This document shows, in pieces, positions 10,153-20,772 of a stretch of DNA of 64,000 nt. Origin of the DNA: Candidatus Latescibacterota bacterium (GTDB lineage Bacteria > Latescibacterota > UBA2968 > GCA-2709665); assembly GCA_965116875.1 (NCBI GenBank), contig OZ220733.1, forward strand, positions 3,040,001 to 3,104,000, read 5' to 3'. The notes beneath the pieces were generated by a model. The model saw only the letters and a list, made by a program, of their open reading frames with translations, was not told the DNA's origin and searched no databases. Both the position numbers and the translations under genes were made by a program. Every line of letters begins with the position of its first letter. The first letter of the stretch is position 1.

Positions 10153-10404
10153 GTGGCAGACGTGGCATCCGTGGCGGCTGAAGCATACGGTTATTTGTCC
10201 GCCGGCATAGGCGCGGGACTGGTAACGATCGGCGCCGGAATTGGAATCGGACGTCTGGCCGGTATGGCCGTGGAGGGCACCGCACGCCAGCCTGAAGCGG
10301 CAGGCGATATCCGGACTTCCATGATCATTACCGCTGCCTTCATCGAGGGTGTGGCCCTCTTCGGGCAGGTGGTCTGCTTCCTTCTGGCGACAAAAGGCGG
10401 CTGA
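10153..10404 (+). CDS. atpE: F0F1 ATP synthase subunit c
   Basis: GAGIGIG, ARQPE loop, IEGVALF (lacks the E-S/T Na+ signature). Confidence 0.97.
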   Translation: MADVASVAAEAYGYLSAGIGAGLVTIGAGIGIGRLAGMAVEGTARQPEAAGDIRTSMIITAAFIEGVALFGQVVCFLLATKGG

Positions 10405-10445
10405 GAAAGCATACCGTTGAGGACGTCCAAATCAGAGGAACGGGT

Positions 10446-10943
10446 ATGTTGCTGAATGTCGATACAGGTCTGATGTTCTGGACCATCATTACCTTCGTCC
10501 TGCTGCTCCTTGTTCTCAGGGCGGTTGCCTGGAAACCGCTGCTGGCCATGCTGGACGAGCGCGAAGGGCGTATTCGGGATTCCCTGAACCAGGCGGAGAA
10601 AGCCAGGGAGGATGCCCGGAACGCGGCCGAGGAAAACCGGCGCGCAATGGAGCAGGCGCAGGCCGAGGCGCGACAGGCCATTTCGGAAGGACGGGAGGCG
10701 GCCGAGCGCGCAGCCCAGGAAGTGCGTCAACGCGCATCGGACGAAGCCCGGCAGATGCTGGAGCAGGCCCGACGGACGATTCGGCAGGAGAAGGAGCAGG
10801 CGATCCAGGAACTCCGTTCGCACGCCGCCGGTCTGGCCATCGAAGCCGCCGGCAAGGTGTTGGACGAAAACCTGGACAACGCCAGAAACAGGAAGCTTGT
10901 CGACGAGTTCATCGACAGCATTCCTGACAATGGACAAAACTGA
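10446..10943 (+). CDS. atpF: F0F1 ATP synthase subunit b
   Basis: N-terminal TM, AWKPLLAMLDERE, long coiled coil. Confidence 0.96.
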   Translation: MLLNVDTGLMFWTIITFVLLLLVLRAVAWKPLLAMLDEREGRIRDSLNQAEKAREDARNAAEENRRAMEQAQAEARQAISEGREAAERAAQEVRQRASDEARQMLEQARRTIRQEKEQAIQELRSHAAGLAIEAAGKVLDENLDNARNRKLVDEFIDSIPDNGQN

Positions 10944-10958
10944 TTTCCGGAGCGGAGC

Positions 10959-11504
10959 TTGAACGAAATCCCCGTCGCAATACGTTATGCCAGGGCGCTC
11001 ATCCAGGCGGCTGAAGAGCGGGACGCGCTGGACCGGGTTCGTGAGGACCTGGAGGGCCTTCTGAACCTGATCCGGGAATCGGAAGACCTGCGTGCCTTTC
11101 TCAGTGACCCTCTGATCGTTCCGGAACAAAAGCGGACCGCGGTTCGGAGGCTTTTCTCAGGACGGATCGGGGATCTCACCCTGAATTTCCTGCTGCTTTT
11201 GTGCGACAAGCGGCGCGAGCGGGGGCTCGACGGTATCATCCGGGCGTTTCTGATGCTCCTGGACGAGCAAAGGGGTCTGATCACCGCCTACGTGCGGTCG
11301 GCGCAGGATCTCTCGCAGGACCAGAGATCGAGGCTCGCGCAGCGGTTGGCGGCTTATTCCGGGAAGCAGGTACGGCTGGACGTCGAAATCGACGAGGGTC
11401 TCAAGGCGGGCTTTGTAACCCGGATGGGCGACCACGTATTCGACGCAACCCTCGAAGCGCAGCTGAACCGGATGCGCCAGAGGTTGGTATCGGGTTTCAT
11501 TTAG
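10959..11504 (+). CDS. atpH: F0F1 ATP synthase subunit delta
   Basis: VAIRYARAL, NFLLLLCDKRR; position in operon. Confidence 0.95.
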   Translation: MNEIPVAIRYARALIQAAEERDALDRVREDLEGLLNLIRESEDLRAFLSDPLIVPEQKRTAVRRLFSGRIGDLTLNFLLLLCDKRRERGLDGIIRAFLMLLDEQRGLITAYVRSAQDLSQDQRSRLAQRLAAYSGKQVRLDVEIDEGLKAGFVTRMGDHVFDATLEAQLNRMRQRLVSGFI

Positions 11505-11669
11505 CAGTCCGTTGAGAATGTTGTTCGAGCCATCGTGACCGAACGCAAGGCGCGCGATCGAGCCGGATCCGTGGATTCGGGCAGGGAACGCAACGCGGTC
11601 ATTCGGCCACAAGGGCGAGCCGCCTGCCTGCAGCGGGCAGACCGGATGAGCTTTTTCAACGGCAGATAA
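11502..11669 (+). mobile_element. MITE-like element (CAGTCCGTTGA...TCAACGG family)
   Basis: Ends GCAGTCCGTTGAGAA / TTTTTCAACGGCAG; internal CAAGGCGCGCGA and GCAACGCGG; similar to 54648-54810. Confidence 0.7.
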
Positions 11670-11686
11670 CCGAGGTGTAGACACTT

Positions 11687-13207
11687 ATGGCGATGAACTT
11701 GCAGATTCGCCCCGATGAAGTCTCCGATATTCTCAAACAGCAGATTCTGGAGGCGGAACGGGACATTGACGTTTACGAAACCGGGACCGTGCTGCAGGTG
11801 GGCGACGGCGTGGCGCGCGTTCACGGGCTGGGCAACGCGCAGGCCAGCGAACTGGTGGCGTTTCCCGAAAACATCATGGGCATGGCGTTCAACCTGGAGG
11901 AGGACAACGTCGGGTGCGTCCTCTTCGGAGACGACACGGCAATCAAGGAAGGCGACCAGGTCAAGCGGACGGGACGCGTCGTCGAAGTGCCCGTGGGAGA
12001 CGAATTGCTGGGCCGCGTGGTTACGCCTCTGGGCGAGCCGCTGGATGGCAAGGGGCCGGTTCAGACTTCGCAGACGTTGCCCGTGGAACGGATTGCGCCC
12101 GGAGTGATTCAACGCCAGCCGGTGGAAGAGGCGCTGCAGACCGGAATCAAGGTGGTGGATGCCGCAACGCCGATCGGACGCGGACAGCGCGAGTTGATCA
12201 TCGGCGACCGGCAGACCGGGAAGACGGCCATCGGTCTGGACGCGATTATCAATCAGAAAGACAGCGGCGTCAAATGTATCTACGTGGGGATCGGACAAAA
12301 GGCGTCGTCCGTGGCCAAGGTCGTCGCCGAGCTCGAGGCGAACGGCGCCCTGGGGTACACCATCGTGGTATCGGCCACGGCCAGCGACCCCGCGCCGCTC
12401 CAGTTCCTGGCCCCGTATGCCGGTTGCTCGATGGGCGAGTACTTCCGCGACAAGGGCGAACACGCATTGATCGTGTACGACGATCTCTCCAAGCAGGCCT
12501 GGGCATACCGTGAAATGGCCCTGGTCCTGCGCCGGCCGCCCGGGAGGGAAGCCTATCCGGGCGACGTGTTCTACCTGCACTCGCGCCTTCTGGAACGCGC
12601 CTGCAAACTGAGCGACGAAGAGGGCGGGGGCTCTCTCACGGCGCTGCCCATCATCGAAATTCTGGAAGGAGACGTATCCACGTTCGTGCCTACCAATGTC
12701 ATTTCCATAACGGACGGGCAGATTCTGCTGAAGCCGGAATTGTTCTATTCAGGCATCCGGCCGGCAATGGACGTCGGCGCTTCCGTCTCCCGGGTCAGCT
12801 CGGCGAAGACCAAGGCCATGAGGGCGGTTTCAGGCACCTTAAGCGGCGATATCGCGCGTTACAACGAGGTGCAGGCCTTTGCGCAATTCGGGGCATCGGA
12901 CCTGGATACGGCCACGCGCAACCTGCTGAACCGTGGCGAGAAACTGATCGAAATCCTCAAGCAGGACCAGTACCTGCCGATGTCGCTCGGAGCGCAGGTG
13001 GTGTCTCTCACCGTCGGGGCGAGCATCGATGAACTGCCCACGGAGGACGTCAGACGATTCGAGGGCGAGGTGCTTGCCTACATGCGCGATCACCACCAGG
13101 ACGTGGTGGACGAGATTTCGAGCAGTGAAGCGTTGAGCGACGAGGCGCGTGGCGTTATAGACGCCGCCATCGAGCATGTCAAACGCGGCTTTCAGGCGTC
13201 GGCGTAG
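11687..13207 (+). CDS. atpA: F0F1 ATP synthase subunit alpha
   Basis: GDRQTGKT Walker [24 protein letters not shown]. Confidence 0.98.
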   Translation: MAMNLQIRPDEVSDILKQQILEAERDIDVYETGTVLQVGDGVARVHGLGNAQASELVAFPENIMGMAFNLEEDNVGCVLFGDDTAIKEGDQVKRTGRVVEVPVGDELLGRVVTPLGEPLDGKGPVQTSQTLPVERIAPGVIQRQPVEEALQTGIKVVDAATPIGRGQRELIIGDRQTGKTAIGLDAIINQKDSGVKCIYVGIGQKASSVAKVVAELEANGALGYTIVVSATASDPAPLQFLAPYAGCSMGEYFRDKGEHALIVYDDLSKQAWAYREMALVLRRPPGREAYPGDVFYLHSRLLERACKLSDEEGGGSLTALPIIEILEGDVSTFVPTNVISITDGQILLKPELFYSGIRPAMDVGASVSRVSSAKTKAMRAVSGTLSGDIARYNEVQAFAQFGASDLDTATRNLLNRGEKLIEILKQDQYLPMSLGAQVVSLTVGASIDELPTEDVRRFEGEVLAYMRDHHQDVVDEISSSEALSDEARGVIDAAIEHVKRGFQASA

Positions 13208-13226
13208 ACGTACGGAGGGGTAGCCG

Positions 13227-14078
13227 GTGGCGACATTACGTCAACTCCGAAACCGGGTGACCGGCGTCAAGAATATCCAGAAAGTCACCCACGCCATGCA
13301 GCTGGTGGCCGCGGCCAGGGTGCGGAAAGCCCAGGATGCCATCCTCGCTGCCCGGCCCTACGCCGAACAACTGGACCGTATTCTTCAACGGCTGACCGCG
13401 AGTATAGACGCGGACCGGCATCCCCTCTTCCGCCAGGGCGAGTCCGGCAGAATCTCGGTCGCGGTCGTGACCGCGGACCGCGGTTTGTGCGGCGGGTTCA
13501 ACGCCGGGATCTGCCGCAGGGTGCTGTCGGAGCTCGAAGAACACGGTGACGTCGAACTGGTCGCTATTGGAAGGAAGGGGCGGGATTTTTTTCGACAGCG
13601 TGGATTTGCGATCAGCCGGGAATACCTTGACGTTTTCGGCGAATTGAATCTGGGTCAGGCCGTTTCCATCGCACGGGACCTTACGGGTCGATTCACGTCC
13701 GGCGACGTGGACCAGGTGTGGATCGCCAACAACGAGTTCCTCTCCCTCGGACGCCAGGAGCCGGCAATCAACCGGCTGCTGCCGATTGTGCCCCAGGAAG
13801 CCGACGAAGAGAGCGCCGCCGGCGAGTACATCTTCGAGCCCGATCCGGAGCAGTTGCTTGAGACGCTCGTTCCGAGACACGTGAATTTCCAGGTCTGGCG
13901 CGCCCTTCTGGAGTCCAATGCCGGAGAGCAGGCCGCCCGAATGGCGGCGATGGACAACGCGACGAAGAACGCCGGTGACCTGATCGAAGAATTGACGCGC
14001 GAGATGAACAAAGTGCGCCAGTCTTCGATTACCCTGGAACTGATGGACATCATCGGCGGCGCCGAAGCCGTGGCGTAG
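13227..14078 (+). CDS. atpG: F0F1 ATP synthase subunit gamma
   Basis: KVTHAMQLVAAA, DRGLCGGFN, ARMAAMDNATKNA. Confidence 0.97.
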   Translation: MATLRQLRNRVTGVKNIQKVTHAMQLVAAARVRKAQDAILAARPYAEQLDRILQRLTASIDADRHPLFRQGESGRISVAVVTADRGLCGGFNAGICRRVLSELEEHGDVELVAIGRKGRDFFRQRGFAISREYLDVFGELNLGQAVSIARDLTGRFTSGDVDQVWIANNEFLSLGRQEPAINRLLPIVPQEADEESAAGEYIFEPDPEQLLETLVPRHVNFQVWRALLESNAGEQAARMAAMDNATKNAGDLIEELTREMNKVRQSSITLELMDIIGGAEAVA

Positions 14079-14158
14079 GGGGAATCACATTAAGTTTCGA
14101 TCCTGGTTTTCTCTTTGTCTCACTGCTACCGTGAATCACGTCTCACGATTTTTTAATT

Positions 14159-14287
14159 CGGTGAGAAGGTAGAGGTTAGACGGTAGATGAAATCCTTGCC
14201 CGGTGTGTTTTTCCTCCTTGCCATCGGCACAAGAAGAAAACTCACAAGGCAGGTAAACTCTACCCTCTACCGTCTCCCGTCTCACCG
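14159..14287 (+). repeat. ~125-bp dispersed structured repeat, copy 1
   Basis: CGGTGAGA...TCTCACCG inverted ends; core TTGCCCGG...TTCCTCCTTGCCATCGGCA...CTCACAAGGCAGGTAA; four more copies in window. Confidence 0.85.
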
Positions 14288-14305
14288 CCTTTAGCTGATC
14301 GCTGA

Positions 14306-15721
<1,416 letters not shown>

Positions 15722-15734
15722 TACCGGGAATGCG

Positions 15735-16139
15735 ATGCCGACGTTTCAGCTTGAAATTGTCACACCGGAGAAGACGGTTTACTCGGGCGAGGTGGAGCGG
15801 CTGCGGGCGCCGGGAACCGAAGGCGGTTTTGGCGTGCTTGCCGGACACCATCCGATGCTGGCCTCGCTGAGCGTCGGAGAAATGGTCTTTTCCGAACAGG
15901 AACAGGGGCCAAGGTCCATCGCAATTGGCGGCGGGTTTGCGGAAGTCCAGCGTGACCGCGTCACCGTGCTGGCCGAGACGGCGGAACTCGCGCAGGAAAT
16001 CGACGTGACGCGGGCAGAAGCCGCCAGGGACCGCGCGAGGGAAAGGCTGGCGCAAAAACGCGATCAGCAGATCGACGAAGCGCGGGCGAGCCTGGCCCTG
16101 GCGCGGGCGATCAACCGGCTGCGGATCGGGGTACAATAG
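15735..16139 (+). CDS. atpC: F0F1 ATP synthase subunit epsilon
   Basis: LEIVTPE, GFGVLAGH, GGFAEV; C-terminal helical hairpin. Confidence 0.97.
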   Translation: MPTFQLEIVTPEKTVYSGEVERLRAPGTEGGFGVLAGHHPMLASLSVGEMVFSEQEQGPRSIAIGGGFAEVQRDRVTVLAETAELAQEIDVTRAEAARDRARERLAQKRDQQIDEARASLALARAINRLRIGVQ

Positions 16140-16178
16140 GGCGGACTGGAAGACAAGGCCTCTGCCGCGGTACAGCGT

Positions 16179-16209
16179 GGGTGGGTTTCGAAACCCACCC
16201 GCTTTTTTT
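16179..16209 (+). terminator. intrinsic terminator of atp operon
   Basis: GGGTGGGTT-TCGA-AACCCACCC hairpin followed by GCTTTTTTT. Confidence 0.85.
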
Positions 16210-16438
16210 GTAGGAATAAAACCTTCTAACGTGCGGGGAAACAACAAGCAGGAGATCCACCCGAAACCGCTTCTGCGATTTGTCGAATTTTGTTCTCTTT
16301 TGTTCGTTGATATATGATATAAATACCTATTTTTTGGGGCATATATACAATGTTAGCCAGACGGCCCTGCGTGTCTCATCGGTCCAGAACCGCCACAAAC
16401 CACTTATTGATTTTTTCGCCAATTACAAGGCAAACGTG

Positions 16439-16467
16439 TTGCCTTTCGGGGCAATTTGCACTATAAT
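16439..16467 (+). promoter_or_regulatory. sigma70-type promoter
   Basis: TTGCCT-17 bp-TATAAT. Confidence 0.7.
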
Positions 16468-16473
16468 ATAAAA

Positions 16474-16647
16474 TAGAACGGCAGGCCGGTTATCCCCGAC
16501 CTGCCGGTGCTGATTCTGTTACCAGCAGAAGCAGCAAGCGCCCAAAGTATTCTGGGTACAAAGAGCGCAATATCAAACGCCAATTTACGCCCAATTGCCT
16601 CTAAAGTCAAGCCCGGATTCAGTGAGCGCTGAATCCGGGCCTTTTTT
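16474..16647 (+). ncRNA. candidate structured small RNA or attenuated leader
   Basis: Lies between promoter and terminator; successive hairpins CGGCAGG/CCTGCCG and TGCTG-TTCTG/CAGAA-CAGCA; no + strand ORF in the track; no family recognised. Confidence 0.4.
16611..16647 (+). terminator. intrinsic terminator upstream of YjzC-like gene
   Basis: 12-bp stem GCCCGGATTCAG/CTGAATCCGGGC then CTTTTTT. Confidence 0.8.
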
Positions 16648-16732
16648 GTCTCCGGCAAAGGAGGTGAAGAAACTTCCGCCGGGACGCAAACAAACCGATA
16701 CGCAATAATACGAAAAATAGGAGAATATTTCC

Positions 16733-16924
16733 ATGTCAAAAGGGAATATCCAAAAGTCAGGCGAAATCGCCGATACCTCCGGTATATACGGAATTGTAGG
16801 ACCGCGCGGTGGACACACTGGCATAGAGCGGACTGTCGTAAAAGGCGAACCCCTGCCCCCGGTGCTGGAGCCGGGCCAGGGATTCGTGCTCCTTGACCCC
16901 ACGAATACCGACGGCAAACGCTGA
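16733..16924 (+). CDS. YjzC-like small protein
   Basis: SGIYGIVGPRGG...ERTVVKGEPLPP pattern resembles YjzC family; AGGAG RBS. Confidence 0.7.
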   Translation: MSKGNIQKSGEIADTSGIYGIVGPRGGHTGIERTVVKGEPLPPVLEPGQGFVLLDPTNTDGKR

Positions 16925-17010
16925 TAAGCCCGGAGGCCAGATTCGACGAGGGACGGCTGAATCTTGGCCGCCCCTCGGTCATTCCTCCCCACAGAAATCA
17001 GGAGACTCGG

Positions 17011-17235
17011 ATGAATTCTGAATTCAACTGGAAGCGTTGCCATTACCTGAAGAGAATCATGTACGACGATAACGACCTTTTGACAGGTACACAGGAACCC
17101 ACATCAATAGACGTCATTAATGAGTGCACTGACAGGACATACAAACCAGGCGGCTTGAATGTGGGATGCGATGAAACGGAATGCAACAATCCCAACCGGA
17201 AGCACGGACGCCCCAAATTCGTCACGGGAAATTGA
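17011..17235 (+). CDS. small Cys-containing hypothetical protein
   Basis: AGGAG RBS, 74 aa, four Cys; no family recognised. Confidence 0.4.
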   Translation: MNSEFNWKRCHYLKRIMYDDNDLLTGTQEPTSIDVINECTDRTYKPGGLNVGCDETECNNPNRKHGRPKFVTGN

Positions 17236-17264
17236 CAACCTGACCCGGAAAAGGAGGTCTACCC

Positions 17265-17531
17265 ATGTTCACAGAAGAGGAAACTCAAAAATACGCATAT
17301 CACTCCATAAAATCAGACGCGGATGTTTACCACGTATGCCGAAACTGCACAGAGGGAAACGACATTGAACCTGAAAACAGATCCGCTGGCAAGGGAGACA
17401 AGAAAAAACTCTGCGAAAAATGCAAAAGCATGAAACAATGCGACATGGATACGGAAGAACGCGTGAGGTCCAGAGAAAAAGGATTGAAAAATTGGAAAAA
17501 GATGCAGAAAGGGAACCCCAATCTAAAATGA
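17265..17531 (+). CDS. small putative metal-binding protein
   Basis: AGGAGG RBS; YHS...YHVCRNC...GNDIE...LCEKC pattern. Confidence 0.6.
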   Translation: MFTEEETQKYAYHSIKSDADVYHVCRNCTEGNDIEPENRSAGKGDKKKLCEKCKSMKQCDMDTEERVRSREKGLKNWKKMQKGNPNLK

Positions 17532-17840
17532 CGGCCTGAAATACTTCCCGAATCGTACTTCAAACGCAACCCATCCTCCGGAGGGTCAATTCCATGACCT
17601 CAGCACTTCAGACAGTTCCACTCGCTTTGTGATAAACTCCGTCCAATCAATAAATCTAATTGCTTCTGTGGCTCAAAAACTGGAGGAGATGACCATTCGT
17701 ATAGAAGAAGAGCTTCGGAACTCTCAACAACCCCCATCGTAGACGAGCAAGATAAGACCGAGTCAACCGCAGTAACCTCACTCATAATGTCCTGCCTCCC
17801 TTTGGGTTATTTACAACACCGCCTATTTCAAGGGACCAAA

Positions 17841-18338
17841 ATGGATCTTATAGAAAATCTTACCCACAAAGAGATTGTCCTGTTCGGCGCAGTTGGGAAC
17901 TGGGTGGCGGCATTCGCAACAGCAACAACTGCCATCGTTGCAATCTGGTTAGCACGTTATCCACATAAAACCAAATTGAATATTGAAGCAGGATACGCAC
18001 TTCTGACACCTGGCAGAAGGTCGTTCAGTGAAGGATTGCGAATAAACATCGTCAACATGGGTAGAAAAACGGTAGTAATCAACAATATTAAACTTCTAAA
18101 AAACGAAGGAAAAAAGAAGCGTTGGGTCTTTCTCCATCATTGGGACGATGCTCGTATTATTGAAAGTGAACACGACGCGCAAATAGATATTACACATTCA
18201 GAATACGACAGGTGGAAAAGAGACCTGATACACGATTTAAAACTGGTTGACGATGAAACATTGAAGACAATACGCCTTCAGATTACCACATCAACAGGAT
18301 ATACCAAAGGTGAAGTTGAACGAGCACTTCATAGATGA
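17841..18338 (+). CDS. hypothetical protein with N-terminal TM helix
   Basis: WVAAFATATTAIVAIWLA anchor followed by soluble domain; AT-rich. Confidence 0.6.
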   Translation: MDLIENLTHKEIVLFGAVGNWVAAFATATTAIVAIWLARYPHKTKLNIEAGYALLTPGRRSFSEGLRINIVNMGRKTVVINNIKLLKNEGKKKRWVFLHHWDDARIIESEHDAQIDITHSEYDRWKRDLIHDLKLVDDETLKTIRLQITTSTGYTKGEVERALHR

Positions 18339-18464
18339 TCTAAGACACGAAATCGAAATGAGGAACATAGAAAGAGAAAAGTCACAATAACCGCACCCCT
18401 CTATTCCCTCCCTTTTCGCTGGCTAACACTGTATATAAGCCCCTATTTTTCAATTTCTTGATTT

Positions 18465-18623
18465 GTAGGGGCAACCCGTGTGGTTGCCCAGTAGTGACGC
18501 GGACACCGCCGATAGACGTCGCCGGGACATATCGCTCGCTTTCAGATAGGCATTCGGTTATCGAGCGCGAAGTCTCTCGCGAGCACTTCCAGAGCAGGGC
18601 GCGTTGTTCCGTCCCGCACCGAT
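18465..18623 (+). repeat. GTAG-type REP plus ~100-bp shared core (second copy inverted at 26.5 kb)
   Basis: GTAGGGGCAACCCGTGTGGTTGCCC; CCAGAGCAGGGCGCGTTGTTCCGTCCCGCACCGAT is the reverse complement of 26496-26530. Confidence 0.8.
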
Positions 18624-18730
18624 TTACGTTATCCTCCGGGGTGGCAGACCAGCGTATCAGGTGCGTACCGTGAGGGTATTCGCGCCATGCATATGGCAGG
18701 CCCCGCGCCCAGCGGCGACTATACCAAAAT

Positions 18731-18859
18731 CGGTAAGAAGGTAGAGGGAAGCCGGTAGAGGAAGTCGTTGCCCAGTATGTTTTACCTCCTTGCCTTCGGC
18801 ACTAAAAGAATCCGCACACGGCAGGTAATCTCTACCCTCTCCCGTCTCACCTCTCACCG
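18731..18859 (+). repeat. ~125-bp dispersed structured repeat, copy 2
   Basis: GGTAGAG...TTGCCCAGTA...CCTCCTTGCCTTCGGCA...GGCAGGTAATCTCTACCC. Confidence 0.85.
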
Positions 18860-18876
18860 CTTTCAGGGGTTTCTAC

Positions 18877-19629
18877 ATGACAAATCCCACCATCGATCTC
18901 CTGATGTCGCATCGGAGCATTCGCAGGTTCAAGGATCGGCCCCTTCCCGAAGGCGTCCTCGAAACACTGATCCGGTGCGGGCAGCAGGCGAGCACGTCCA
19001 GCAATGTGCAGGCCTACACCGTCATTCACGTTTCTGATCCCGAGCGGAAGAAACGATTGGCCGAACTGTGCGCCGACCAGGTGCAGATTCACCAGAGCGC
19101 GGCGTTTCTGGCCTTCTGCGCGGATCTGCACCGGGACCGGATGGCCAACCGGATGCACGACGCGGAGCGATTCGACGGGGACTATGCGGAAGCCCTGATG
19201 ATTGCGACCGTGGACGTGGCGCTGATGATGCAGAACGTGGCCATCGCGGCTGAGTCGCTGGGACTGGGCATCTGTATGATCGGCGCGATGCGGAACAATC
19301 CGAAATCCGTAGGGAGGTTACTCGACCTTCCCCCTTACGTGGTGGCCGTGGCCGGCTTCTGCATCGGGTATCCGGACCAGACGCCGGAAGTCAAACCGCG
19401 CCTGCCCCTCGACGCGGTCCTGCATCGCGAGCGATACCTGTGCGACGAAACGCATCAGTTGGCCATGGAGGAATACGACAGGACGATGGTCGAGTTCTAT
19501 GCCTCGCAGGGGATGCACGAGGGTGACGAGCGATGGACGAAAGTCATGGCCGGGCGCACAGGACAGTTTCACGCCCGTGCCGAACTTGATGAATTCCTCA
19601 CGGCCCAGGGCTTCCGGCTCCGTCGCTAA
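18877..19629 (+). CDS. NfsA/NfrA-type NADPH-dependent nitroreductase
   Basis: HRSIRRF, ASTSSNVQAY, AAESLGLGICMIG, KPRLP. Confidence 0.92.
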   Translation: MTNPTIDLLMSHRSIRRFKDRPLPEGVLETLIRCGQQASTSSNVQAYTVIHVSDPERKKRLAELCADQVQIHQSAAFLAFCADLHRDRMANRMHDAERFDGDYAEALMIATVDVALMMQNVAIAAESLGLGICMIGAMRNNPKSVGRLLDLPPYVVAVAGFCIGYPDQTPEVKPRLPLDAVLHRERYLCDETHQLAMEEYDRTMVEFYASQGMHEGDERWTKVMAGRTGQFHARAELDEFLTAQGFRLRR

Positions 19630-19725
19630 AGTCCCATCCTACCTGCCTTCCCCTTGACGATCTCCACGTCATTGCGTATACATTGAGAAACAGAACGGCC
19701 CGCACATCCGCTGGAGAAAAGCGTA

Positions 19726-19860
19726 ATGTCCGATTCTACAATAGACAGGCTCGTGGGCGAGGTCGTAAAGCGTGTTAACCCCCCGCGAATCGTGCTTTTC
19801 GGTTCGGCGGCCAGGGAGATCGATGATACAGCCCCCGGTTACGCTAAGTCATTTATCTAA
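19726..19860 (+). pseudogene. truncated minimal nucleotidyltransferase (MNT) remnant
   Basis: Own translation MSDSTIDRLVGEVVKRVNPPRIVLFGSAARE...*, GGAG RBS; breaks off before the DxD motif. Confidence 0.6.
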
Positions 19861-19871
19861 GAAAACAGATC

Positions 19872-20765
19872 ATGGAAAACGTCATTGAACACATTGATCT
19901 ATTGAAAGCGGAACTGGACGCATTGCGGCCACTGCCTTCGGACGTCGTGGGGCGGGTAGAACAGAAGCTCCGGATCGAGTCGAACTACCACTCCAATGCC
20001 ATAGAAGGCAACAGCCTTACCCTTGGGGAGACACGAAGTCTGATCCTCCACGGACTTACAGCGCACGGGAAATCGATGCGCGATCATCTGGATATCGAAG
20101 GTCACGACGAGGCGGTAAAGGCTATCGAACACGCGGACGATGACAAAGAAGTACTCAACGAGGTCTTCATCCGCAACCTCCACAGAAAGCTTTTGAAAGA
20201 GCCCTATGAAATCGACGCGCAGACCCCCGATGGGCGGCCCACGAAACGCCTCATTACAATTGGCAACTACAAGACTCAGCCTAATAACGTCCGTACCTCA
20301 ACGGGTGAGATCTATTACTTCACGCCACCCGATCAGGTAAAGCCGGCGATGAGCGATCTCATGGACTGGTATAGAAAGGCCGAGAGCCAGGGCGAGCATC
20401 CCATCGTCATCGCCGCCACGTTTCACTATCGCTTTGTCAGAATTCATCCGTTCGACGATGGCAACGGTCGCATGGCGCGACTCTTGATGAACATGATCCT
20501 GATTGTGCATGGTTACGCGGTTGCGATCATTCCCGTACAAAAGCGAAACCGATACATCGACTTTCTGGAACGGGCCGACAAGTCAGAAGACCTGGCCGAA
20601 TTCATCTCCTATGTTGCCGGTTGCTGCGAACATACACTGAACCTCCATCTGCGCGCTGCCCGCGGCGAGGATATCGAAGACGCCGAGGACATCGATAAGG
20701 AGATCGCGCTTTTTGTCAAAAAGAGCACAAGCAACACAATCGATGCGCACGATTTGCGCATATAG
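19872..20765 (+). CDS. Fic family protein
   Basis: HPFDDGNGR catalytic motif; N-terminal SNAIEGN inhibitory motif. Confidence 0.93.
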   Translation: MENVIEHIDLLKAELDALRPLPSDVVGRVEQKLRIESNYHSNAIEGNSLTLGETRSLILHGLTAHGKSMRDHLDIEGHDEAVKAIEHADDDKEVLNEVFIRNLHRKLLKEPYEIDAQTPDGRPTKRLITIGNYKTQPNNVRTSTGEIYYFTPPDQVKPAMSDLMDWYRKAESQGEHPIVIAATFHYRFVRIHPFDDGNGRMARLLMNMILIVHGYAVAIIPVQKRNRYIDFLERADKSEDLAEFISYVAGCCEHTLNLHLRAARGEDIEDAEDIDKEIALFVKKSTSNTIDAHDLRI

Positions 20766-20772
20766 GCAAACC

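Noticed and set aside
10153-10404. Na+-translocating ATP synthase or N-ATPase because of Mrp proximity
   Set aside because: Subunit c lacks the Na+ ligand signature; delta is present and the gene order is canonical.
17527-17732. Open frame ...VINSVQSINLIASVAQKLEEMTIRIEEELRNS
   Set aside because: No convincing start or RBS for the full frame; cannot support as a gene.
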